64,000 nt of DNA, taken from NCBI GenBank assembly GCA_947585595.1, contig CANPXB010000003.1, positions 20,301 to 84,300 on the forward strand, written 5' to 3'. The DNA is from an uncultured Bacilli bacterium (GTDB lineage: Bacteria > Bacillota_I > Bacilli_A > RF39 > UBA660). Shown one piece after another: positions 9,246 through 18,079 of this stretch (position 1 is the first letter of the stretch; every line of letters starts with the position of its first letter). The translations under genes were made by a program, and so were the position numbers. A model generated the notes under the pieces. It was not told the DNA's origin. It saw only the letters and a program-made list of their open reading frames with translations, and did no database searches.

Positions 9246-10277
9246 ATGATTAAACCTCAAAGATTACAAAAAGGCGATAAAATAGCTGTAGTTAGTTTAT
9301 CTAGTGGCATGCTTGGTGATGATAATTTTATTCATAAATATTATATTGCTAAAGAAAGATTAGAAAAAGAATTTGGTTTAGAAGTTATTGCCATGCCGAA
9401 TGCCTTAAAAGGTAGTGAATTTGTTTACAAACATCCTGAAAGTAGAGCTAAAGACTTAATGGCTGCATTTAAAGACAAATCAATAAAGGGTATCTTTTGT
9501 GCTATAGGTGGTGATGATACAGTTAGATTATTACCATATATAGATTATGCAGTAATAAAAAATAATCCTAAGATCTTTATGGGATACTCTGATACCACAG
9601 TTAATCATTTAATGATGAATAAAGCTGGTATAGTATCTTTTTATGGACCATGTATAATGTGTGAATTCGGTGAATATGTTAAAATGTTTGATTATACTAA
9701 AAATGCTGTACAAAATATTTTATTTAAAGATTGTCAAAATTACGAAATAGAATCAAGTAAAATATGGTCGAATGATTTCATCGCCTGGCAAGAAGAAAAC
9801 ATTAATGTTGAGAAAAAGACAAGACCAGAAGAACATGGCTATGAAGTATTACAAGGTTCTGGAGTAGTAACAGGTGAAGTATTAGGTGGTTGTTTAGATG
9901 TCTTCCCTATGGTTGTTGGTACTGAAATATGGCCAACTAAAGAAGAATGGCAAGATAAAATATTATTACTAGAAACAAGTGAAGATAAACCAAGCCCTGA
10001 ATATATAACTTTTTACTTAAGAAACCTAGGAGCTTTAGGTATCTTTGATGTCATTAAAGGAATTATCGTTGGTAAACCACAAGATGAACAATATTATGAA
10101 GAATATAAAGAAGTTTATCAAAAAGTCTTAAAAGAATTTAATAAAGAAGACTTACCAGTTTTATATAATGTTAATATTGGTCATTCAGATCCAATAGGTA
10201 TCTTACCTTTGGGATCTACTATCAAAGTTGATTATACTAATAAAAAAATATATTTAGTTGATTCCCCATGTTTATAA
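9246..10277 (+). CDS. S66-family LD-carboxypeptidase (LdcA/MccF-like)
   Basis: N-terminal LQKGDKIAVVSLSSG, the nucleophile motif GYSDTT, and C-terminal NVNIGHSDPIGILPLG containing the catalytic His. Confidence 0.8.
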   Translation: MIKPQRLQKGDKIAVVSLSSGMLGDDNFIHKYYIAKERLEKEFGLEVIAMPNALKGSEFVYKHPESRAKDLMAAFKDKSIKGIFCAIGGDDTVRLLPYIDYAVIKNNPKIFMGYSDTTVNHLMMNKAGIVSFYGPCIMCEFGEYVKMFDYTKNAVQNILFKDCQNYEIESSKIWSNDFIAWQEENINVEKKTRPEEHGYEVLQGSGVVTGEVLGGCLDVFPMVVGTEIWPTKEEWQDKILLLETSEDKPSPEYITFYLRNLGALGIFDVIKGIIVGKPQDEQYYEEYKEVYQKVLKEFNKEDLPVLYNVNIGHSDPIGILPLGSTIKVDYTNKKIYLVDSPCL

Positions 10278-10278
10278 A

Positions 10279-10307
10279 TTGACAATCAAGATATTTAGTC
10301 TTAAAAT
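10279..10307 (+). promoter_or_regulatory. Sigma-A promoter of the aspS T-box leader
   Basis: Consensus -35 TTGACA (10279-10284), 17-nt spacer, -10 TAAAAT (10302-10307). Confidence 0.75.
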
Positions 10308-10313
10308 AACGTT

Positions 10314-10535
10314 ATAAATGTTGATTGAGAAGAGTATTATATAAAATAATTACAGAGAATTAGTGGTTGGTGGAAACTAATATAGTTTTTATATAAGAAG
10401 ACACTCAGGAGTTGACTATATGTCCGGAAAATATTTCCGTTATCAAAAAAGCGATTATGTTTAACATAATAAATTGGGTGGTACCGCGGATTTAACAGTT
10501 ATTCGTCCCTTGTGGATGATTAACTGTTTTTTATT
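10314..10535 (+). promoter_or_regulatory. T-box riboswitch leader, Asp-specific (specifier codon GAC)
   Basis: Stem I elements are present: TGAGAAGAGTA, the AG box CAGAGA and the distal GGTGGAAAC. Specifier loop GAAGACA has GAC at 10400-10402. The T-box sequence AATTGGGTGGTACCGCG lies at 10472-10488. The terminator is AACAGTTA...TAACTGTT followed by T6 (10494-10532). Confidence 0.9.
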
Positions 10536-10552
10536 TTAGAAAGGTGATTATA

Positions 10553-12289
10553 ATGGAAAAATACAAAAATTATACAATTAAAAATGTTGGTGAGGAAGTA
10601 ACTTTAAAAGGTTGGGTATCTAAAGTAAGAAACTTAGGTGGTTTAATCTTCATTGATTTAAGAAATAGAACTGGTATTATGCAAGTTGTTGTAAGACCAG
10701 AAAATAAATGTTATGAACTAGCTAATTCTCTAAAGAATGAATATGTTATCTCCGTAACTGGTAAGATAGTTGAAAGAGAAAGTAAGAATAGCACTTTAGC
10801 TACAGGTGAAATCGAAGTAGATGTTAGTAACTTAGACCTTATTAACACCTCTAAAGAGATTCCCTTTGCTATCTCTGATGATACTAATGCTTTAGAAGAT
10901 ACGAGATTAAAATATCGTTATTTAGATTTAAGAAGAGAATCTTTAAAGAATAACTTTGTAATGCGTAATAATATTACTTTTGCTACGAGAAAATTCCTAA
11001 ATAACTTAGATTTCTTAGAAGTTGAAACTCCTATTTTATGTAAATCTACTCCTGAAGGAGCTAGAGACTACTTAGTTCCAAGTCGTGTTAATAAAGGTAA
11101 GTTCTATGCATTACCACAATCGCCCCAAATCTTTAAACAATTATTAATGGTTTCTGGTTTTGAAAGATATTTCCAAATTGCTAAATGTTTTAGAGATGAA
11201 GACTTAAGAGCTGACCGTCAACCAGAATTCACGCAAATCGATGTTGAAATGTCATTTGTTAATGAAGATGATGTTATGTGGTTAGGTGAAAACTTAGTAG
11301 CTAGTATCTTTAAAGAAGTAAGAGGTATTGATATTAAATTACCATTAATGCGTATGAAATATGATGATGCCATCGCTAACTATGGTTCAGATAAACCAGA
11401 TTTAAGATTTGGTATGGAAATAAATGATATAACTGATTGCTTTACAAATACTGAATTTACGGTTTTTAAAAATGTTATGGCTGATAATGGTGTTATTAAT
11501 GCTATTGTAGTTAAAAATGCTGCTGATAAATATTCAAGAAAAGACTTAGATAAACTAACTGATTATGTTAAAACTTATAAAGCCAGTGGTCTAGCTTATA
11601 TTAAATATCAAGAAGAAATAACTGGCTCAGTAGTTAAAGTTCTAAGTGAACAAGAAATAAATGATGTTAAAGAAAAATTAAATGTTGAAAATAACGACTT
11701 AGTCTTAATTATTAGTGGTGCTTATAATGTTGTTAAAACTTCTCTAGGTGCTTTAAGATGCAAACTAGCTCGTGATTTAGATTTAATTAAAAAAGATGAT
11801 TATAAACTATTATGGGTTGTTGATTTTCCTAGCTTTGAATGGAGTGAAGAAGAAGGAAGATATATGGCTTGCCATCACCCATTTACTGCTCCTAAAGATG
11901 AAGATGTTGATAAACTATTAACTGATAAAGCTCATTGCTACAGTAAAGCTTATGATATCGTTATAAATGGTTATGAAGCTGGTGGTGGATCAATTCGTAT
12001 TCACGATGAAAAAGTTCAAGAAATTATGTTTAAAGCTCTTGAACTAACAGATGAAGATATTAAAGAAAAATTTGGTTTCTTTGTTGACGCTTTAAAATAT
12101 GGTTGCCCTCCACATGGTGGATTTGCCTTAGGACTTGACCGTCTAACAATGTTATTAGCTGGTACGGAAAACATCCGTGATGTTATTGCTTTCCCTAAAA
12201 CAGCTTCAGCTACTGACTTAATGTGTGAAGCTCCAAGTAATGTTATTAAAGAACAATTGGATGAACTAGGTCTTAAAATAAAGGAGTAG
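10553..12289 (+). CDS. aspS: Aspartate--tRNA ligase
   Basis: Class II aaRS motifs (FRDEDLRADRQPEFTQID, GGGSIRIH, GLDRL). I prefer the ATG at 10553 (RBS AAAGGTG) over the GTG at 10544, which lies inside the RBS. Confidence 0.95.
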   Translation: MEKYKNYTIKNVGEEVTLKGWVSKVRNLGGLIFIDLRNRTGIMQVVVRPENKCYELANSLKNEYVISVTGKIVERESKNSTLATGEIEVDVSNLDLINTSKEIPFAISDDTNALEDTRLKYRYLDLRRESLKNNFVMRNNITFATRKFLNNLDFLEVETPILCKSTPEGARDYLVPSRVNKGKFYALPQSPQIFKQLLMVSGFERYFQIAKCFRDEDLRADRQPEFTQIDVEMSFVNEDDVMWLGENLVASIFKEVRGIDIKLPLMRMKYDDAIANYGSDKPDLRFGMEINDITDCFTNTEFTVFKNVMADNGVINAIVVKNAADKYSRKDLDKLTDYVKTYKASGLAYIKYQEEITGSVVKVLSEQEINDVKEKLNVENNDLVLIISGAYNVVKTSLGALRCKLARDLDLIKKDDYKLLWVVDFPSFEWSEEEGRYMACHHPFTAPKDEDVDKLLTDKAHCYSKAYDIVINGYEAGGGSIRIHDEKVQEIMFKALELTDEDIKEKFGFFVDALKYGCPPHGGFALGLDRLTMLLAGTENIRDVIAFPKTASATDLMCEAPSNVIKEQLDELGLKIKE

Positions 12290-12294
12290 ATAAT

Positions 12295-13014
12295 ATGGCT
12301 TTAGAACAATACACGCCAAGTCCTCAAGCTTATCAATATAGTACAGTCGATATGATTCATGTCTATAGATATCCTGAAGAATTTATTATTCCCGAAAACC
12401 TAGAAGCTTGTAAATTGTTATGGAGTAAAAATATCTTTACCATAATGTGTAATAACTATGATAATGAAGATTCATGGATAACTATTTCTACTTTAGATGA
12501 ACATAATCGAAAAGTATTTGATGAACTATGTCAAACTAATCCAGAAAATTTTGGTCCCACCTGGGGTGGAGTAGGTATTAGAGTTCCTATTAAACCATCA
12601 CCAGGTGTTGATGCCTCCAAAAGCTTTAAAGAATTAATTGATTTATTTTCATATCAAGATGTTCAAAAAGATGGTTATATGACTAAAGAAGAATTTTTAA
12701 ACTTTCATTGTGGTTGTTTTAAATTAATACCTAATCCAGACTATCTACCTGATTTACCTGAACCAGTATATGAAGAATATCCTGATTTTAGTTCTTACAA
12801 AAAAGACCTAGAATACTATATGGCTCATACTATGATCCCTGATAAAATTCGTATTTTTGATGAAACTAAAATGGAAAAAAGTTTTGCTGAATACTTAGCT
12901 GAAAGTATATTTGCTAAATATTATGATGAGGAGAATGGTCGTATATACTATAATGAACTATATTATAATTCCCATCTAAAATATAAAAAAGAAAGTAAAG
13001 TACCTAATCTATAG
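12295..13014 (+). CDS. Hypothetical cytoplasmic protein, co-transcribed with aspS
   Basis: RBS AAAGGAG. The start lies 5 nt after the aspS stop with no intervening terminator. No family recognised. Confidence 0.55.
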   Translation: MALEQYTPSPQAYQYSTVDMIHVYRYPEEFIIPENLEACKLLWSKNIFTIMCNNYDNEDSWITISTLDEHNRKVFDELCQTNPENFGPTWGGVGIRVPIKPSPGVDASKSFKELIDLFSYQDVQKDGYMTKEEFLNFHCGCFKLIPNPDYLPDLPEPVYEEYPDFSSYKKDLEYYMAHTMIPDKIRIFDETKMEKSFAEYLAESIFAKYYDEENGRIYYNELYYNSHLKYKKESKVPNL

Positions 13015-13034
13015 GTCTTTTCTTTTGCTTTCTA

Positions 13035-13043
13035 TGTTATAAT
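13035..13043 (+). promoter_or_regulatory. TG-extended -10 element (TGTTATAAT)
   Basis: Consensus extended -10 element ending 20 nt upstream of the 13063 start. Confidence 0.45.
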
Positions 13044-13062
13044 TTATATAGTAGGTGATAAA

Positions 13063-13869
13063 ATGAATAAAAAAGTATTACTAACATTTTTAATTTTCCT
13101 TTTATTAGTAGCATCTTGTGCTCTAGGATTCTTTTTAGGTACTGAATATGCTAATAAAGAGAATAATACTCCTAAAGTTGAAGAAAAGACCGAAAAGGAA
13201 GAAGAAAAAGAAGAAGTCGAAGAAGAACCAAAAGTTCCTCAAGTTGAAAACATTACCTTTAACAAAGAAAAAGCTAATGAAGCCTTAGATACTTTCATGC
13301 TTGCTTTCCAAATGACTGGTTTAAATGATGATGATACTATCATCGGCCCAAGTAGAAGAAATCAAACAGAACTATTAGATGCTAAAACTAAACTTAAATT
13401 AGCATGGTACTATGTCTTTAAATCAGGTAATAGTGATAAAATAAAATATGATGCTTCACCAAGTGGTGAAGAAATAACTGGTTCAGCTGGTGTTGATCTA
13501 GAACTATATAAAAGTTTTTATCAATCTATGTATGGTGAAGAATTACCAACTAATCCAGATTATACCGTTCTAGGTTATTCTAAAGATTCCGTAAAAAATA
13601 ATATCTTATATGGTACTATGGCTTCAGGAGTTGCCACAATCTATACTGCTTTCAAAGCTAATTCAATAACTAAAACTGACGATAACTATGAACTAATTGT
13701 AGATGTTATTCATGAAGATGTAAAAGAAGATGATGAAAATCCAACTATTGAAACTTACTTAGAAAATAACCAACTATCATATCCATCTAACTTAGTAATT
13801 TATCATCTTAAAATAACTTATAAAATAGAGAATAATAAATATCTTATGAAATCAATAGTAGCTTACTAA
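13063..13869 (+). CDS. Putative lipoprotein, function unknown
   Basis: Signal peptide with a lipobox-like LVASC, followed by a Glu/Lys-rich linker. Confidence 0.55.
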   Translation: MNKKVLLTFLIFLLLVASCALGFFLGTEYANKENNTPKVEEKTEKEEEKEEVEEEPKVPQVENITFNKEKANEALDTFMLAFQMTGLNDDDTIIGPSRRNQTELLDAKTKLKLAWYYVFKSGNSDKIKYDASPSGEEITGSAGVDLELYKSFYQSMYGEELPTNPDYTVLGYSKDSVKNNILYGTMASGVATIYTAFKANSITKTDDNYELIVDVIHEDVKEDDENPTIETYLENNQLSYPSNLVIYHLKITYKIENNKYLMKSIVAY

Positions 13870-13884
13870 AAGCTACTTTTTTTT
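13858..13884 (+). terminator. Rho-independent terminator
   Basis: Stem GTAGCTT / AAGCTAC followed by T8. It overlaps the stop codon. Confidence 0.7.
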
Positions 13885-13896
13885 ATAAAACGTTTA

Positions 13897-13905
13897 TGTT
13901 ATAAT
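13897..13905 (+). promoter_or_regulatory. TG-extended -10 element (TGTTATAAT)
   Basis: Lies 29 nt upstream of the ATG at 13934. Confidence 0.45.
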
Positions 13906-13933
13906 CAAGATGGAATAATAAGAGGTGTTTATT

Positions 13934-15103
13934 ATGACAGATCGTGATATTAATATAAGAAGTGTATTATTTTTAGTAATTGGTATATTACTAGTATTAT
14001 CACTTATTATTTGTATATATATTGTTGTCAATGAGAAAGACTTAGTTAAAACTGAAGCAAGTGTTATTGAAGTAAATAAAGATAATGAAGGAACAGGTAA
14101 GAATAGTATATCCGTTGTTTATATTGTTAATGGTGTTACTTATGAATATAATTTCCGTTATAAAGATGAAATAAATGTTAATGATAAAATTATCATTTAT
14201 TATCATGAAAATAGTGTTACATCTGTTCAAACATATAAAACAAGTAAGATAATCTTTGTCTGTCCATTAATAGGTTTAGTTTTATGTGGTCTAGGTATTT
14301 ATGATTTATTAAGAAAAAATAAAAAGGAAGCTAAACCAGTTGCTGCTGCTCCTAAAGTAGATCCACCTAAAGTTAAAGAAGTACCTAAAGAAGTACCAGT
14401 CGAAGAACCTACTAAAGAAATTCCAGTAGCTGATTTACCATTAGAACAAGAAATACCTGCTTTAGCTAAAACACCAGCTGAAGAACCTAAACCAGTAGTT
14501 ACTGAAGTTAAAAATCCAGAGCCAAAACCAGTTGAAGAGCCTAAAAAAGAAGAACCAGCTCCTTCTGTTGTAACTCCAGATAAATTACCAGTCAAAGAAG
14601 AAACTCCAGCTCCAGAAAAGAAAGAAGAAAAACCACTAGTTGAAGCTAGTTCAATGAAATCATTAGATGAAGTAACTGAAAAAGTTAAAAAATCAGTAGC
14701 TCAAAATATCAGTAACGATTCATCAGATGATGATATTAAAAATGTTATTAAAGAAGTCTTAAAAGAAGTAATTAAAGAAGTAAAAGAAGAAGAAAAACCA
14801 ACTACCGAAGTAGTTCAAAGAAGAATCATTCCTAACTATTTCTATATTTCTGGAACTTCATTAATCTATGAAGAAATGGGTAAAAAATCTCAAGAATTAA
14901 ACTTAAAAGATATTAAAAAAGTTGTTAGAACTATTAATAGTGCTGGTAGTGTTGTTAAACTAGTCGTATCTAATGATGCTTATAAAATAGTTTTAACTAA
15001 TATGAAAAATATTGATCTAGAACAACTAGCTAATTTATTACATAATAAAATGCGTACAATAGATGATACATTTAAAGAAATTATTGAACGTAAAGAATAC
15101 TAA
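13934..15103 (+). CDS. Membrane protein: DUF3592-like N-terminal module, Pro/Glu/Lys-rich linker, small C-terminal globular domain
   Basis: I prefer the ATG at 13934 (RBS AAGAGGTG). A TM - beta-rich segment - TM topology is followed by ~110 aa of PEK-rich low complexity. Confidence 0.5.
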   Translation: MTDRDINIRSVLFLVIGILLVLSLIICIYIVVNEKDLVKTEASVIEVNKDNEGTGKNSISVVYIVNGVTYEYNFRYKDEINVNDKIIIYYHENSVTSVQTYKTSKIIFVCPLIGLVLCGLGIYDLLRKNKKEAKPVAAAPKVDPPKVKEVPKEVPVEEPTKEIPVADLPLEQEIPALAKTPAEEPKPVVTEVKNPEPKPVEEPKKEEPAPSVVTPDKLPVKEETPAPEKKEEKPLVEASSMKSLDEVTEKVKKSVAQNISNDSSDDDIKNVIKEVLKEVIKEVKEEEKPTTEVVQRRIIPNYFYISGTSLIYEEMGKKSQELNLKDIKKVVRTINSAGSVVKLVVSNDAYKIVLTNMKNIDLEQLANLLHNKMRTIDDTFKEIIERKEY

Positions 15104-15126
15104 AAAAAAGAGAATGGAAGAGAAGT

Positions 15127-15537
15127 ATGACTAACAAAAAGAAAAAAATCAAAACATTAACTATTCTTTTTTTTATTATGGGCTTAGTACTATATTTAAG
15201 TGGTCTTCTCTTATTATTTATAGCTTCCATCTACTTTAATTTAAACTTTTTAAAAATAATTGGTGCTTCCTTATTCTTAATAGGTTTTATCATGTTTATG
15301 GTAGCTATTATCATTTTATATAAAGATAATGAAATCAAAGAAAATAATCTTAACTTAATTATTGAAGGTAAAGCCGATGTTCTAACTATAATCTTTATGA
15401 CTTATATTATGATCTTTATGTTAGTTCTATGTTTAATCTTTGATGAAATAATCGGCGCTTTACTATTTGGTATAACCATCATTATTCAAAGTGCTTTAAA
15501 TACTATCTTAATAAAATACTATAGTAAAAGAAGATAA
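15127..15537 (+). CDS. Hypothetical polytopic membrane protein
   Basis: About four hydrophobic helices. RBS GGAAGAGAAG. Confidence 0.5.
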   Translation: MTNKKKKIKTLTILFFIMGLVLYLSGLLLLFIASIYFNLNFLKIIGASLFLIGFIMFMVAIIILYKDNEIKENNLNLIIEGKADVLTIIFMTYIMIFMLVLCLIFDEIIGALLFGITIIIQSALNTILIKYYSKRR

Positions 15538-15582
15538 ATTGTATTTTAAATTAATATATAGTATTATAAATATGTGGTGATT

Positions 15583-15930
15583 CTTATGAATAAGAAAAAA
15601 GATAATAAGAATATAATCGATAAATTCTTAGAAGGATATGCTGTTGCTAATGAAGATAGTAAACAAAATCCTTATAAAAGAGTTTATCAAAGACCATCTA
15701 AATTTAAAAGTATTGTTGGTTTTATCTTTAGTGCCTTAATCATGTTTTTCTTAATAAGAATATTTCAATTTAATTTTATGTTCTTTTTGATCTTTATAAC
15801 TGATTTAATCATTCTTATCTTTTATAGTATTAATCTATTTACTAAAAAAGGTATTGCTATTCCTAAATATGTTAGAAAAGATGAATATACTGACAATGAT
15901 GATATAAATGATCGCTATAAAGTACAATAA
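15583..15930 (+). CDS. Hypothetical small membrane protein
   Basis: I prefer the ATG at 15583 (RBS TGGTGA). Two hydrophobic helices. Confidence 0.45.
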   Translation, partial: LMNKKKDNKNIIDKFLEGYAVANEDSKQNPYKRVYQRPSKFKSIVGFIFSALIMFFLIRIFQFNFMFFLIFITDLIILIFYSINLFTKKGIAIPKYVRKDEYTDNDDINDRYKVQ

Positions 15931-15965
15931 ATATTGTACTTTTAAATTTTAAAGTAGGTGATAAG

Positions 15966-16520
15966 ATGAATATAGCTATCGATATAGATGATACAATTAC
16001 TAATACATATGAAACTATGGTTCCAATGATTGCTTTATTCTATAATAAAGATTTAAATAAATTATTACATAATAAACCTTCATATAAAGAACTATATTCC
16101 TTACCTAACTTTTCTCATTTTGCTAAAACTCATTATGAAATAGTAGCTAGTATTGCTCCTTTAAAAAATGGAGTTATTGATATCTTAAGTACTTTAAAAA
16201 AAGAAGGTCATAAAATAATTATTATAACTGCTCGTAATAATGAAGAATTTCATAACCCTTACCAAGTAAGTTATAATTACTTAATTAAAAATAATATACC
16301 ATTTGATAAATTAATAGTTAATGCTTCTAATAAAGCAGAAGTATGTCTAAAAGAACATATTGATTTATTTATCGATGATAGTACTAAAAATTGTCATGCT
16401 GTTGCTAAAAAAGGTATTCCTACTATTCAATTTAATTCTGTCTTTGATACTAATAGTAAACTTAATAAAGTAACTTCATGGGAAGAAGTATATTATAAAA
16501 TTCAAAATATGTATTTATAA
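15966..16520 (+). CDS. HAD-superfamily hydrolase, 5'(3')-deoxyribonucleotidase-like
   Basis: HAD motif I IDIDDTIT at the N-terminus, motif II IIIITAR, motif IV FIDDS. Confidence 0.6.
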   Translation: MNIAIDIDDTITNTYETMVPMIALFYNKDLNKLLHNKPSYKELYSLPNFSHFAKTHYEIVASIAPLKNGVIDILSTLKKEGHKIIIITARNNEEFHNPYQVSYNYLIKNNIPFDKLIVNASNKAEVCLKEHIDLFIDDSTKNCHAVAKKGIPTIQFNSVFDTNSKLNKVTSWEEVYYKIQNMYL

Positions 16521-16540
16521 GAAGAAGTAATTCTTCTTTT
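16519..16540 (+). terminator. Rho-independent terminator
   Basis: Stem AAGAAGAA / TTCTTCTT with loop GTAA and a T-run. Confidence 0.6.
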
Positions 16541-16544
16541 AATT

Positions 16545-16553
16545 TGTTATAAT
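16545..16553 (+). promoter_or_regulatory. TG-extended -10 element (TGTTATAAT)
   Basis: Lies 19 nt upstream of the ATG at 16572, which implies a very short leader. Confidence 0.4.
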
Positions 16554-16571
16554 ATTTACGAGGTGTTTATC

Positions 16572-17543
16572 ATGCTTATTCCTAAATATTTAAAAGATAA
16601 TGATACTATTGGTATTACAGCTTGTAGTGCTGGTGTTCTAGATAAAATTGAAAAATATGAAACTAGTATTAATAATGTTAAAGAAAATAAATTTAATATT
16701 AAAGAGACTAATAATGTTCGAACCGGTGGTGTTGTAAGTAGTGACCCAGTTACTAGATCCAAAGAATTAGAAAGTTTATTCTTAGATGATTCAGTTAATA
16801 TGGTTGCTATCGCTAGTGGTGGTGATTTCCTCTATGATATGTTAGATAAAGTCGATTTTAATATCTTAAAGAATCATCCTAAATGGTTAGCTGGTAGTAG
16901 TGATCCCACAAGTTTACTATATATCTTAACTACTAATTATGATATAGCTACTATCTATTCTCCATGTAATATGTCCGGATTTAATGCTTCTCCCTTACAT
17001 GAATCATATTTAAATTACTTTAAAATCTTAAAAGGGGACTTAGTTAAACAATATAAATACCTATTTACGGAAGATGAGCATTTTAGTGATGAACTTACAA
17101 AAGAAAATACTTGGTTAAATATTAATGGTGAAGTAGATGAACAAGGTATTTTAATTGGTGGTTGTTTAGAAGTCTTAAAAGATTTAATTGGTACTAAGTT
17201 TGACAAAACTAAAGAGTTTATTAATAAATATAGTAATGAAGGAATAATCTGGTACTTTGATATCTTTAATATGAGTAGTGAAGGAGTTTATAATACTTTA
17301 TTACAATTTAAAAATGCCGGTTGGTTTAAAAATACTAAAGCTATTTTAATTGGTAAAGTGTGTTTTCCTAATACCTTTGTTGATATGAGTTATGAGGAAC
17401 TAATAGCTAAAGCTATACCCGATATCAAAGTTATCTTTAACTTTGATTTAGGTCATATAAAACCATCATTTACTTTAATAAATGGTCTTAAAGTAAGAGT
17501 AATTAGTAATCAAGAAGAAGGTAGTTTAGAATACCTAAAATGA
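16572..17543 (+). CDS. S66-family LD-carboxypeptidase (second paralogue)
   Basis: LKDNDTIGITACSAG, the nucleophile motif AGSSDPT, and C-terminal FDLGHIKP. I prefer the ATG at 16572. Confidence 0.75.
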   Translation: MLIPKYLKDNDTIGITACSAGVLDKIEKYETSINNVKENKFNIKETNNVRTGGVVSSDPVTRSKELESLFLDDSVNMVAIASGGDFLYDMLDKVDFNILKNHPKWLAGSSDPTSLLYILTTNYDIATIYSPCNMSGFNASPLHESYLNYFKILKGDLVKQYKYLFTEDEHFSDELTKENTWLNINGEVDEQGILIGGCLEVLKDLIGTKFDKTKEFINKYSNEGIIWYFDIFNMSSEGVYNTLLQFKNAGWFKNTKAILIGKVCFPNTFVDMSYEELIAKAIPDIKVIFNFDLGHIKPSFTLINGLKVRVISNQEEGSLEYLK

Positions 17544-17553
17544 AAGTTTTGTG

Positions 17554-17579
17554 AAGAGTAAAAATATTACTCTTTTTCT
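17554..17579 (+). terminator. Rho-independent terminator
   Basis: Stem AAGAGTAA / TTACTCTT followed by TTT. Confidence 0.6.
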
Positions 17580-17646
17580 ATTGCAATACTAATATAAGCG
17601 TACTATAATTAAATAGTTCGCAATAGAACTATTAGAGGTGATAATC

Positions 17647-18078
17647 TTGCACGATAATTTATTAACTTTAAAAATAAAAACATTAAATTTAAACTTACTA
17701 CGTGCTTTAGGAGCTCGTTATAAAAGATTAAATTTAGGTGTAACCCCAGTTCAAGGCCGTATTATTATGTTTATCTATGATCATCAAGATGAAGTCTGCC
17801 AAAAAGATATTGAACATATGATAGCTTGTAAAAAATCAACCTTATCAGCTATCTTAAATAGTATGGAAAAAAATAATCTTATCATTAGAAAAGGTTCCGA
17901 TACTGATTCAAGACGTAATTCTATCATCTTAACTGATTATTCTATTGAAATAGCTACTAAACTAAAAGATGATATGATCGAAATTAATAAATTATTAGGT
18001 GAAAATATTACCCAAGATGAATATATTATATTTAGTGATGTTTTAGAAAAGATTACTAAAAACTTAGAAAGGATTTAA
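17647..18078 (+). CDS. MarR-family transcriptional regulator
   Basis: Winged-HTH pattern (GVTPVQGRIIMFI, QKDIEHMIACKKSTLSAILNSMEKNNLIIR, DSRRNSIILT). The likely start is the TTG at 17647, 6 nt after RBS AGAGGTG. The track GTG at 17638 lies inside the RBS. Confidence 0.8.
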   Translation: MHDNLLTLKIKTLNLNLLRALGARYKRLNLGVTPVQGRIIMFIYDHQDEVCQKDIEHMIACKKSTLSAILNSMEKNNLIIRKGSDTDSRRNSIILTDYSIEIATKLKDDMIEINKLLGENITQDEYIIFSDVLEKITKNLERI

Positions 18079-18079
18079 T

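Noticed and set aside
10544-10552. ORF-track GTG/TTG starts that lie inside Shine-Dalgarno sequences (10544, 13925, 15574, 16563, 17638, 23458, 39885, 41441, 59261, 60452, 43873, 39694)
   Set aside because: In each case a start codon (ATG, or TTG at 17647) 6-10 nt downstream of a GGAGG/AGGTG-type RBS gives a better model. The coordinates in the feature list use those starts.
14042-14595. Two minus-strand ORFs (62 and 98 aa) inside the DUF3592-like gene
   Set aside because: The 98-aa ORF is the mirror image of the Pro/Glu/Lys repeat (Gly/Ser/Thr-rich). Both lack translation signals. They are artefacts of low-complexity sequence.
16556-17206. Minus-strand ORFs 16556-16762 and 17015-17206
   Set aside because: They are embedded antisense in the LD-carboxypeptidase paralogue, which has clear catalytic motifs.
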